This document shows, one piece after another, positions 31,642-44,417 of a stretch of 64,000 bases of DNA. The notes under the pieces are model-generated. The model did not search any database and was not told where the DNA came from. It was given only the letters and a program-made list of their open reading frames with translations. Numbering within the stretch: position 1 is the stretch's first letter; each line of letters opens with the position of its first letter. Position numbers and translations under genes: made by a program. Source of the stretch: Rhizodiscina lignyota (Eukaryota); NCBI GenBank assembly GCA_010015805.1, contig ML978121.1, positions 3,534,001 to 3,598,000 of the forward strand. The letters run 5' to 3'.

Positions 31642-34600
31642 TCAAAGATCTATAGTCGTCTCATCGTAGGTATTATCCTCCGTCCCTTCCTTGAACGCCT
31701 TTGGTACCGATGGTGTACCCATGAAGAATTCGCTTTCGTCGAAATCAACATCCTCAATATCGAAGTCCTCGACTCTTTTAATGACTTTCTGTGTATCGGT
31801 CGCTCTACGCTCGGATGCATGCGGCCTTACAGATTCGTTTCTTCGGCCTATTGAAACATCTTCAAGAGGTCGTCTGACAGTCGCCGGCATGGATGCGCGT
31901 TTCGAGGACACCTGACTGAGTCTACTCTGAAGCGACGATTTCTGCACAGTCGGCATCTTGAAAGATGTTCGAGGTTTCGTTCGCTTCGGAGTTGGTCCTG
32001 CATTTGAAGAGTTGCTTGATCCGAACGATTTGTTCGGCGTTGGAGTTTCAGCTTCCTGAGATGCAACATTTGGTGCCTTGACAGTCGCTCGTCGACTTCG
32101 ACGCCGACTACCTTCCATCCCACCGATATTCGACCAGCCTACGATCTGAGCATCATCCCCAAGACTTAATGCCGCCAGCAATTGCTGTCGCATCTCCTGC
32201 GCTTTCTCGAGAGCAGCAGTTTTCTCCGAAACAATCCGTTCGAGCTGCTCGATCTCGGCGTGCGCTTCTCGCAATTCCCTTTGCTTCTCTTGAAGATGTT
32301 GCCTCGTATCTTCCTGCGAATTATGAACGGTCTGAAGCTCAGCCTCGACGTGATTCAATTTATCTTGGAGCCCTTCTTTCGCCGCGAGAGACTCTTGCAT
32401 CTCTGCAGAATGAGCAGCTCTCAAATTTGCAATTTCTGATGTTGTGGATTTTGTCACCGCTTCATACTTGGTCTGCCAGTCAGCGATCTGTGTATTGGCG
32501 GTCCTGAGCTCGTCCTTAAGCGTTTCGACCTCTCCAAATCGCTTCTGGAGCTCTTCTTGCACAGCTTTCAGCGTAGATTCCGTTTGCGAAATTGACTCTT
32601 TCAGTGATGATAGCTCATCCTTGTGGGCCTGCAAATCTTCTGATAGTTCCGCATTCTCGCCTTGTTTGTCTCCCAGGAATTGGTCGAGTTCGTCGTATCT
32701 TGATTGCAGGTTGTCTTTGTTACACGACTCCTCTTGTAAACGTCGCTCCAATTCTTCCATATCGTCGTCCTTTGCCGCCATAGCCCCTCTATGCTCAAGA
32801 TCTTTGCTACTTAACTCCTCCCTTAAGGTTTGAATGGTACGTTGCGTTTCCTCGTTTGCTTTGCTCAGTTCTTGCTCGAGCTGTTCAACTCTGCCGACCA
32901 AGGCATGATTCCGTGAGTCCGATTCGCGAAGCTCACGTTGTAAGCTCTGCTCTTCGTCCATTTGTATCAGAAGAGTACTCTCTCGCTCAGCAGCTTGTGC
33001 TTCCAGTCCTGCAGCACGTTTCTGCAGTTCTTGGTGCTTCACTTTCAGCTCCTGGTGTCTTCCTTGTTCCTCGCGCAACGGCTTCTCTGCGTTCGCACAG
33101 CGTTCCTCTAGGTCCTGGCAGATGTCTCCAACAAGCTTGATAATGCTGTTATGGCGATTTTGGGCATCGTGCTCGAACTGCTGTTGCAGCACGTCTTTCC
33201 AATTGTGGCTTCTCCATTCAGAGCTGTCCATTGGAGGTGCACGTATTGATGCCTTGGGTCTTTGTGGTGCGACGTGCGCACATGGCATGCGACTTCGAAT
33301 GGCATCTCTCTGAGTGGCGAATAGCTGACCTGCGAGCTGAGGGGGCATTCGCGGGTGTGCCGAGGATGCCACTGTGCCCGAAAAGAGGATCACACGTGTT
33401 GTGGCTTCAGTAAGGTCACAACATAGATTTGAGTAGGCTATTCCGGAGCAACCAGCTGTAAAATACCCTCTATCGCACCGTGCACGCCGCTTCAAAAGGG
33501 TCTTCAGTAATCGACTAATTTCCACATCTTGAGTAGAAGCTAGAATTAAGCTAGTGATGTGTGAGTTGTTTTCTGAGAAGCGTGCCAATTCGTCAATTAT
33601 CATAGACAGAGCCTTCAAAACTCGTGCTGGGGCGTTTTCTGATGTTATTAATGCTCTGAGAGCTCTCCGAAGTAGACCGTTGACGAAAGATTGGCCCAAA
33701 AAGTGACCGTATATCTCAAAGGAGTGCTTAATGAGCCAGATCTCGGTGCTTGATGAGCCTAAGAGATTCCAAGAGTCCAGAAGTATCTGTTCCATTACCG
33801 CGGGAGTCAGGTTTGGCAGTTTCGCTACGTCGCCGACGAGTAACCCAAGGAAGATGAGACCTCTTAGTGCCAGGGGGGAAGAAATCTCCGGTCGTTGGAT
33901 TTTCTCCGCGATCTTGCGAATTTCAATCGCTGACTTCGACCACTCGTGCCGGGTTTGCTTGTCAATATGGCCAACAACATTATTGGCGAGGTCGAGAAAT
34001 TCGATTGCGTTAGAAGAAGGACTTGAGTTCCCTCTACATGCTAACAAGACTTGCGATGCTATCATCTTCAAGGCAGTCTGCGCCTTCTTGGCGCCAAAAT
34101 AGCTGCGAGCGGCTTGGATCCTCCAATTTGGACTCTGCGGTTCTGGCGAAGATAGTAAGCTTGCTGAAGACGTCGCTGTGTCAAAGGATATGCCTTGTGG
34201 AGTGCATGGCTGTGAGAGAGCCTTGATGATTCCAAAGCAGAGCAGACACAGAGGCTCATCTTCACTAATATTGGCAGTTTTCGATATCTTGTAGACATTC
34301 TCTGCAAGCGAATCCAGGATATTGTCTGTTAGAATGTCTAAAAGATTTTGGCCTGTTCCTTCCAGCAGCGTGAGCACGGGGCGGAGTGAGGCTGATGTGG
34401 GAGAAGCCACAGCATTCTCTACGAGGCGAAGGAAGAGGTTCTGTGCTTTAGAAGGGAGTGCATATGCGTCAGGTAGTGGCCCTGACAACAGGGCGATGCA
34501 GGGACCGGCATATTGATCAAAAGAATCCTGATCTACTAAGGCGCCAGAGAGTAAGGACTCGAGTATTCCCGGCTCTATTTGGAGCAATGCCAGTCTGAAC

Positions 34601-34947
34601 TCTTCCACAGAGCCTGCACACGTTGATTAGCACAATGTTAACATGTTGAGGGTCAGTTGAGAGGCGTACATAGCCGTCGGATGATCTCGAGCGTGTATCG
34701 CCAGAGGGGCAGCGACTCGAGTACTGCTGCGGCTAGCCTTCGTACCTCGCAATCTCGGCTGCAGGCCCACTCCTCAATGGTGGCCGCATCACATTGAATG
34801 AGAATGTCGTGCAGTTTCTATCGAAGTCGTCAGTTTCTGCGATGACTTGCGTCGCTCAAGGATAGTGCGGAGAACCTTCAGCGCCACATTGTATGACGAG
34901 CCAAGGACCCTGTCGACTTCCGCCGAGAGGCGATCCAAATTCTCCAT
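31642..34947 (-). CDS. Large hypothetical protein: helical N-terminal half and long C-terminal coiled coil, 3 exons
   Basis: Spliced start MENLDRLSAEVDRVLGSSYNVALK/KLHDIL.../CSVEEFRLALL joins the 988-aa ORF. It contains ICQDLEERCANAEKPLREEQ and extensive heptads. Confidence 0.8.
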
Positions 34948-36622
34948 TGACAACGACAGACAAGAAATTGGAGCGACAAGGCTGTGTTTTTGCTTAGGAA
35001 TGCCTCCGAATGTTCTCTGAGGGGTGTCTTCAAAGATGTCGCATTCCGTTTCCAGGGAGCGCGTCTAACCAGTTGCCCCCAGCAACCGCCGCTCACTACT
35101 CCGTAGTCTACCACAATTCTCCTTGCCCTTTCCTCCCCGACATCGATTGTTTTCAGAAGATAAGCATGGCATTTCGATGGATTCAATCTCTTTCGTGGGT
35201 TTGCTCCAGCCTCATTCGGCCTGGATTATGGCAAGATGATTCTCAAAGTCACGCTTGCATCTGCTTCCCGCTGACGATCTGTGTATCACGCGACAGTAGA
35301 AGGCAGGTCGGCATACCCATCGCGTAGAAGACTGTCGAAGAGGCTATCCAACATCTTCATCCCTTGCTCTTGTTGGGCAAATAATGGCTTTCTATATATC
35401 CCGTACACACCACAGCATCAATCAAGTGGACCCTGTTCAGGAAGTCGTGGCACAACCTCAGAGCTCGCGTTACCATGGCCTTGCCGCCTTGTACTCATCA
35501 TTCTTGACCGGAATACGCCGATGGACTATGGAACCGTGACGGGCGAGTGCTTTTAAAAGAGTGCTCGATATCCTCGAAGTCAAATCGGTAGATCAAAAAT
35601 ACCCAACTCTCGTAGAATCACGCCGGCTTCATGTTTCTTTGTCATTTCGCATTGATATTCATTCGGATTAATTCTTAACTTCATGGCTGGTAACAGCTCT
35701 TGATAAACATTATGGTTTGTTCGATTAGTCCTATCTTCAGGGCCTCAGCCGGCTTCGCTAAAGCCCGGACTAGACCAAAGTTCTATCGATTTCAGCATAC
35801 GGAATCTGCTTCTCCCAAGGTTGCTAAGAAAACCATCCCCAGCCTTTGGACGTCTGGTCGTGCTTTGGAGATGGAAGGTACCTACCTGTACTAGTAAACA
35901 TAGAATCGGACTTGGAAAGAAAGTCATTGATTAAGGGACTCGGCCTCGACAGCGTTGCGGTTATGAAGAGTATCAAGAGCGCGTTAGATTCACACTGGCT
36001 GATGAATCGAAGAAAGATTGTGGATATTCCAGGCCGATAATGAGATCAACAGGACAGATATGATGCGGGCAGGTTTGGAAGGCGCCTTGGCCAGGCTCTC
36101 GATTGCTTGTGAGGGTGACAGAAAAGTCTTGCATCTAATACAACGTGCAAGTTTTCAATGGTGTTGCGATTATCAAGTATACTTTGAAGAACGTAGAACT
36201 GAGCTTTCAGAGATAGTCTCGCTTACCTTGAAGTCCAAGAGCCGCTCGCACTTAGGCGTTACGACTTGTCCGACGGTCAGCTATTTTGTCACCCTCGAGA
36301 TTGCTCGATGTCGGCTTGAGCGGGCCGCCGATGCCATCGTTTGATTTTTCACATAAAAGGCTTTCTCTTATCCAGCTTCCCAATACCAATTGAAACAATC
36401 TCCTCCTCCAGATCCCGATGTAGTCAAAGACCGAAGAACCTTGAAAACGCATGCCGCAGTGCCGCATGTCAGATGTGAGAAGTCCCTGAAGGAGTATTTA
36501 GCGTGGGCAGACCTCCCCTCTTCGGTAGGGCTGAAGTGCTCCCCCACATTTCTGGTTCCCTGACCCAAAATTTCATCATCCAATTGACTCACGGCCGTTT
36601 TGCAGCTTTCACGATCATCAAC

Positions 36623-37969
36623 ATGACCATGGATGCCCCGTATTTCACAGGCCATAATCGGAACTTCCCCACGAAGAAGTGCGGTAAGTAGACTGCGCAT
36701 TATGTGTGCCAATGGGTGGCAGTTCGAAAATTGGCGATCCAAGACTGCACAGAGCATGGAATTGTGATCAGTGGGCTAATTTCCATGCAGGCGTATTAGG
36801 GGCGACGGGCTCAGTAGGCCAACGATTCATCCTTCTCCTCGCGCTTCACCCGCATTTCCACCTCCATGCCGTTGGAGCCTCCGAACGTTCAGCGGGCAAG
36901 AAATACAAAGATGCGGTCAGGTGGAAGCAGGCGCTGCCAATGTCGAAGGAATTGGGAGATCTGGTAGTCAAGAAGTGCGAGGCAAAAGAGTTTGCGGATT
37001 GTGATATGGTGTTCTCGGGGCTTGATAGCGACGTCGCTGGAGAAGTAGGTATGAACAAGGGCATCCAACTGAGTTCCTTGTAGCGTTCATTCAACTAACT
37101 GTGTTCTGAATTGTAGAGATGGAATTCCTGAAAGCCAATATCCCGGTTTTCAGTAACGCAAAGAACTATCGCCGCGATCCCATCGTTCCTCTCGTCGTAC
37201 CTACCGTAAACCTTGGCCATCTAGACGTCCTATCGCACCAGCGCAAGCATTATGGCCTTGACAAAGGCTTCCTCGTATGCAACTCCAACTGTGCCGTTAT
37301 TGGCATTGTCATCCCTTTCGCCGCACTTCAAGAAAAGTTTGGCCCGGTCGAATATGTCTCGGTCGTCACGATGCAGGCACTGTCGGGTGCTGGATATCCT
37401 GGAGTTAGCAGCATGGACATACTTGACAACGTGGTACCCTTCATATCTGGTGAGGAAGACAAGATGGAACCGGAGGCGCGGAAGATATTGGGTGCGGTCA
37501 ACGGTTCGATCACAGGCTTCGAGGACCAACAACTGAAAGTATCCGCGGCGTGCAACAGAGTTGCGGTGCTGGACGGACACACGGCGTGTGTATCGCTCCG
37601 CTTTGCGAAGAGGCCTCCGCCCAGCGCAGAGGATGTCAAGCAGGCGATGAGAGAGTACGTCAGTGAGGCGCAGAAGATGGGATGTCCGTCCGCACCGAAC
37701 AATGCTATCGTGGTGATGGATGAGCCGGATAGACCCCAGCCACGATTAGACCGGGAGACGGATCGCGGGTATGCCGTGAGTGTTGGAAGGATTCGAGAGG
37801 ACGAAAGTGGAATATTCGATGTCAAGTTCGTAGCCTTAAGCCACAACAGTAAGCATCTTCCTCTTTGTCCGGATACTTGGCGGATTGCTAATCGTCTGCA
37901 GCCATCATCGGAGCAGCTGGGTCCTCGATACTGAATGCTGAAGCAGCGGTACTCAAAGGATTCATATAG
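36623..37969 (+). CDS. HOM2: Aspartate-semialdehyde dehydrogenase, 4 exons
   Basis: [38 protein letters not shown], catalytic [26 protein letters not shown] and [18 protein letters not shown]. Confidence 0.96.
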
Positions 37970-38766
37970 TCCTAATCCAAAAGCTGATAGTGTGCTGTTC
38001 ATTTTCCAATTTCGGAGTCTTTATGGGGAATTAGCAGATGCTTTGACCACCGTGTTTGAGGTGGAATGCTCCAATAAGAGGGAGCTGTTGCAAAAATATA
38101 TCATGAGACAGGACCGTGGGGCAGCCCACAATATGCAAGCCATTCGTATTGCGGAGACGCGATCAATGCGAGCTGGACGCTTCTTTGTGCTACATTTTGA
38201 TAGAGTGGAGAATGGGCATTTGCTGGAAAGGTTGTGAATGCCATGCCCCTTCTGATTGACACATGCGTGCAATTCATGTTTGTAAAGGGCCCACGGTGAT
38301 TGGTTGTCTCGCGCAGCGCGTGGCATTCCGTCCATTTCTTGCAGGTGAAAGGGACGGCGTGGCCGATTCTAGCCTCGCTGCCGTCGCGAGGGGAAGCGAC
38401 AGTAAGCAGCCCTAAATATACGGTTCTTACACTTTGACTCTCCCTTTTAACTTCTTGGATCATTAATCCCTACGCGCATCTCAATCCTGCCCTCTATACG
38501 CAACTTGTCCCTGAGCCTCAACGACTGCCCTGCGCAACCCAGACGCGTTTTATCAGAGGCGCTGCTGCTGGGCGATCGCCGACCTACACCCTACGATACA
38601 CCAGAGCCAGGTACCTTTTGTCCTGCATCTGACGATCCGGGACCCTTGCCCTATTCGCTTGCTTCGCCTCGCCGAATAGCCCCGCGAAAAGGCTGAAAGC
38701 TCGCCGTTAAGACGAGCCGTATACCTCTCACAACGTGGAAGAGCCAACGCTGGAGGAGCTGGAACA

Positions 38767-39695
38767 ATGGCACAGTCAGGGCAGGCTCGCGTGCAACATC
38801 CTGCGCCGCACTTTCAGTGCACAGCCGTAATTGATGGGACGTTTGAAGGTCAGTGGCAGCACCGTCTGTTCTTACGGAGCCTGTTCCGTGGCGTGATAAC
38901 ACCGATATCATCTACTACATGCCCCGGACGCCTTGGAGGCCCGAACCATATCTAAATGGGCAATATAGAGGTCTATATGCTGTCTTGACTTTGTCCGCTA
39001 ACCAATTCTCTCCAGACTTATCGCTAACGACCTTTACCTCCTCGAAAAAATGGCTTGTCCTCGGCTTCATACCAATGGCATGGACATTCGTGTGTCCGAC
39101 CGAGATAATCGCGTTCAGCGACGCAATCAACCAGTTCAAGGAGCGCAATACGTCGGTCGTTTTCGCATCGACAGATTCGGAGTATAGCCTACTTGCATGG
39201 AACAATACGAGCAAGAAAGATGGCGGACTGGGTGGAATCAACATACCGCTACTGAGCGACAAGAATCACAAGCTCTCCAGAGACTATGGCGTCTTGATTG
39301 AGGAAGAAGGCATAGCACTGCGTGGCTTATTCCTGATAGATCCGCAAGGCATAGTTCGCCAGGTAAGACATTCGCGGTCTCCACCGCATCTGACCAAAAT
39401 GCTGATCAATGGGCCGCAGATAACGATAAACGATCTTCCCGTTGGTCGTAGTGTGGACGAGGTTCTCCGTTTGATCGATGCCTTTCAGTTTACCGAAAAA
39501 TACGGCGAAGTATGTCCAGTCAACTGGAATCCAGGCGATCAGGGGATCCAAGAAACGCCTGCTGGTCGACAGCAATATCTGGAGAAACAATATGGCGCAA
39601 CTGCTCCCGGAGATGTTCTGATGGCGGGAGAGGGAGCCGTGGCCGCTAGTACCGCAGCAAAAAATGGAGTCGTAAATGGAACAATGCAAAAATAA
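38767..39695 (+). CDS. Typical 2-Cys peroxiredoxin (AhpC/Prx1 family), 3 exons
   Basis: [25 protein letters not shown], peroxidatic [37 protein letters not shown] and resolving GEVCPVNW. Confidence 0.93.
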
Positions 39696-41130
39696 GGTGC
39701 AACTGCAAGCCACTACTGAGGTACATTCCGCAAGGCTGCCAGGTCTTCGTTTGAACAATTCCAGCGGGAGGCGGCATCTTAGATTGGTTAGAGGTCAAAC
39801 ATTGTTATCAGCGAGCATGGACTCTGGAGTTGACTCGGCAACGGCGTATTCCAAGGCTTGGATCGAGGAACTCCTTTTTTCGGATTTGAATCATTCTCTG
39901 CAAGGCTTTGGGGGATTTGCTCGGTTTCCGCAGGACAGTGACGGCTTGAGGCGATTCTTCCCTCTTCGTGTGACATTTGGATAGGGTGTAGGAGTAGTTA
40001 AGCTGTACACGAGAAAGTTGAACCACTTCCAAAATGCCGTCGCGCAGCGAGATCGAATTCTCATATATTAATAGTTTTTATGCACGTATGTAATCTTCAC
40101 AGTCTAGACACGAGGACTTACGAAGTAGGGGATCTGTTGGCTGGGCGCTTGTGTAATACGTTGCATAAGATTGGCCCCCATCCGATTAACCTCTCCGACT
40201 ACAAGTCTACCTAGGAACTTTATCCGGAGTTTATTTCGACGTTCGGATCCAGATCTCTTGTGAGTCGCGTCCGGAATCTTGTGACAAGAGAGGGTGCTGA
40301 TCAAGGCTGCTCTCGTCTGTCAAAAAGGAGCCGCCGCCGCTGGTGCCTCGCAAAATGGAACCTTTCAACATCCACCTGCGACATTCTCTCAAGAGTAGCT
40401 ACTTATTTGCATTTGAAGATTGAACACTTTCATTTTTGTTCCCAATTCCAGTTCACCGAAGACGGCGGTGCGATTCCAAGCCACAAAATGCCAGCTCTTT
40501 TCCGTTTGGGGATTAGAGGTCTTACCTTGCTCGTGGCTTCTCATGCCGCTAGTTTAGAGCATGCCACACAGGCTTTGGAACTGTCGAATCTATAGCCATG
40601 AAAATACGATGTATTCGGCAAGTACCAACTGCTCAAGCTAAAAACGGGGCAGATCAAAATGAAATCTGCAGTGCTCATTGCAGCCGCATACTACGCCTTG
40701 CAACATCACGCGGATGAGACTGCGGGAGATGCGAACCGCAACGTGCTCGCCATTTTCCAGATAAGCTCCTAAATGGTAATTCATCGAGGATGTCTGATAA
40801 CGTCCGCCCCTAAAAAAGCCATTCATGGGACAGGGCTAGGGAGAGACAAGCAAAATGACAGCAAACTCCGGGGGATATGACCGTTCCAGACAAAACGCAC
40901 TCCACCGCTCAGACATCCCCAAGCCATGGTATACTGAGGACTAATAATAAAGTACGGACCACTGACATCTTTCTTGGCCATGGCTTTACGAAGATGCAGA
41001 TTTAGATGCCCTGCCACGCGGTACTTCCAGCCTTCCGTCAATGTAGTATTAAATCGCCTCTAATCCTGTGGCTCCAGGACTTTGGAATACTCGACTAGTC
41101 TAACTCTCATTTCATCAGTCTTTTCTAATC

Positions 41131-43413
41131 ATGATATTCCACATTTTCCTACTCTTTCTTACGGCCATTACGGCTCTTTCAATACCGATGCGAAACCCAT
41201 GTGATACTCTCTTTCAAGCAAACAAGGCACAAATTAAAGCTTCATCGTCAGGTAGGGAACCAATGCTAACTACGATCTCTTCGAGAAAGTTAGGACCTTT
41301 CAATTGACAATTGAAGCAGCACAGCCCAGTTTCAAGCCCAGCGAAGTAACCGCCTGCCTCAAAGATGTACCTATCAATACCACACTCGCTACAGCCCTGA
41401 TAGAATACCTCGAGACCAACCTACAATTTCAGTCGACGCTCGCATATTTGAAGTCGCCTCCACAGTCTTACCCGCATCCCCCACTTGATCTTTTTGGGGG
41501 TCTCGCTGCGATAAAGCAAAACGTTCAGGCGAACGCGTACGAAAATGAGTACGATTTCGAGAAGGATATCCACGTTTTGGTAGCGCATGCCTTTGATGGG
41601 CACCTAGCGGTGGTACCTTTCCTTGTCGGGAGCTTTAACTTCAATAACAACGTTCAATTGGTCTCTATTTCCTTGGACGGATCGTCGCCACCGGAGGTCT
41701 ACTTTATATGCACGTTGCTCCTGTCAAAGCACTCGAGCATCCGCTAACTGGCAATTCACAGCTGACATCGCTACCAAGGACGCATCTCCATTGGTTCAAA
41801 TAGATGGAGTCAACGTTGAGGAGTACATCTTGTCATTCCCAGCGGTCCTCCAAGACCCAGATGCGCAGTACAACGATGCCTTTTACACCCCGACAAATGC
41901 CTTGACACTTGTAGGGGCTGGCTCATTCACCAGCCAATTCTTCGTTTTCCCCGAAGACAGCACAAAGTACACCTTTAAAAACGGCACCACAACCACAGTT
42001 CTCAACACTGCGACCCCGCTCACGACTATCGACTATCAGAGTGGGCAAGACCTGTTTGAAAAATACTTGATCCCATCTAACACAGCTCCATCCTCGAACT
42101 CGACGGCTACTGCCACGGCGTCCACTCCGAACCCGACCAAGGCGGCCGCAGAGCTGGCTGCACTGATCCGCGAAGAAGGCTATCCAAGTCCACTGGTTGC
42201 CTCGCTCGACACCAGCATATCCGGATATTTCCTTCCCAATGTTCCAGACACAGCGATCTTAAGTATTACAGGGTTCGCGGCATCCTCTAAGAGCACGTCG
42301 AACACAACACAGCGATCTGCCTCTAGTTTTCAGAATGCTGCGCAAGAGTTATTCACCAAGGCTCGAGCGTCTGGAAAGACCCGTCTTATCATCGACATGC
42401 GTGGGAACCTTGGAGGCACCGCCGATCTTGCTTTCGGCATCTTCAAACAACTCTTCCCGCAAGAGAAGGTCATCAGTCCCCGGCGGTTTAGAATTCACCC
42501 GCTTGCCGACGCCCTTGGCCAAGTCAACTCCGCGCTTGGTTCTGTAGACTCTTCCGAGCCTTCAGGTCCGAACTTCTTCCTGGATCAGGCTGCGCCGTTT
42601 AACTTCGAGGATTACGTTAACTCACCCAGCGGGAAGCCTTTCAATTCATGGTCAGAGCTATCTGGACCTGTGACCGTTCATGGAGACAATTTCTCTAGGA
42701 TGCTATTGCAGAAGATATCGGATCCTGCTTTTGACCTTGCTACCGGAGGGGTAGTCTTAAGTGGCTTCGCAAACGAGGCCAAGCTTCCTCCGCAGCCCTT
42801 TGCGCCTTCCAATATCACCATTGTAAGCCGTTCTCATTTGCAGAGGTTGCTTGTACCTAACATCATGCAGATTACAGACGGTAGATGCAGCTCGACCTGC
42901 GGAGTTTTCACCAATTTGTTACTGGACCAAGGAGTTGCTGCTATCACGTTCGGTGGCCGACCCGAAGACAAGCCTATGGCAGTCATCGGCGGCACGCAAG
43001 GCGCGATAGATCTGGATGTATTGAACATCCAGCAGCTCGCAAAGCTGTTTCTCGAAATGGTAGCGAATGAGAAATCCAGGGAAAAGTTCCACCTCTCTGC
43101 GACACTCGAAGCGCCGTTGCGGCGTCTCGCACAGCCCTCACCATTAAACCTTGGATCGTCAGGGTTCAGCCTTAACTTCATGGACCACATTGGTAAAGAC
43201 GACGAAACCATGACGCCGCTGCAGTTTGCTCCCCCAATAACGGCAAACTGCAGAGTGTGGTATATGCCGCAGGACATTGCCAACGTGACGAACACGTGGG
43301 AAAGGGTTGCGAGTGGGAAGTATACTTGCGTGGGACAAAAGGCGACGTCGACTCAAACCCCTCGTGCAGCGCCCCCTCTGTTCGCGCATGGTGTAATTGA
43401 TATTGCTGCTTAG
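41131..43413 (+). CDS. Secreted peptidase family S41 (CPAF-like; UstP/PhomP-type), 4 exons
   Basis: Signal peptide MIFHIFLLFLTAITALS, FQSTLAYLKSPP, DGHL, QDPDAQYN, LIIDMRGNLGG, TDGRCSSTCGVF (catalytic Ser region) and FGGRP...IGGTQG. Confidence 0.88.
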
Positions 43414-44417
43414 GTGGCATTGTTGGCTTTGATTGTTAGTTCCGTGTTTGCTTTATATCGCATTGCGAAGGCGTTACGGTGTACTTTATTTAATGGAAAC
43501 TCTGAGAATAATCGCAAACGCGTGGAAGAATACGAACAGAACGTCAAGTCCGACTGTGCAATCGACATGGAGCGTGAGAGCTTCAAGGTCGTCTGCTACT
43601 AGACACCGCGAACTCGGATCCACGGCCGAGCACATAAGTTTGGGGAGGGACCCACCCAAATTTAGAGCGCGAGCACCTAAACCTGGCTGGCCTAGACTCC
43701 TATCGGCTTATCTCCGGGGCGCTTGAAGCCATCGTTCGCGCGAAGCTACTGCAGTTTTGCTTCCTGCACGCATCAGACGACTCCCGCCCTGATAAAGGCT
43801 CAAACAACGCATCAGTGTACTAACTGCGCTCGTGTCCGTTAGGATTAACTCAGCAAGGCAAGCAGGCGACTTCCCAGGATAGCAAATTGGCTCAAAGACA
43901 TGCGGGTGAATCAGACGCGAGGCTGTTTCTACGTAACTCCTCGCACCTCTGAAATGCACAGACGTCCGGCCCCCACACCTTTTTCTTCAGTCTTTCAAAA
44001 TGGGAATCGATGAGGCTCTGCGGCTGTTCATCCAATGAGACGCGCAGCGTGATAGAAATCTCAACGCGTCTCCGCTTGCCGCATTACCCTTTACGGACAG
44101 TCGAGCTGAAAAGGTGGTGTATCGGCAAGCAGAGTTGCAGACGCCACAAAGTCTGGAAGGCTGGAAGGCAGAGATATTTTTGAAACTTACCACATACTTT
44201 TTGGTACTTAGAACGGCCCGCTGCAGCGCCTTTGGGGCATGATGGCGATTCCAGCCTGCTGCCCTGACGCGTTCGCCCTTTGCGAGCGGCCTCAAGGCTG
44301 GCTCACCCTCAGGTTGATAAATCCAATGCTGCGCCCCTGCGTCTTAGTCTCTTGTTCTTTATTCTGTTCCTGATTTCTCTTGTCTGAACACTTTCGTTAT
44401 ACAAATTCAATTGCAAT

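Noticed and set aside
35000..36500. Short ORFs between the coiled-coil gene and HOM2
   Set aside because: I could not build a consistent spliced model or recognise any domain. The region may be non-coding or a degenerate gene.
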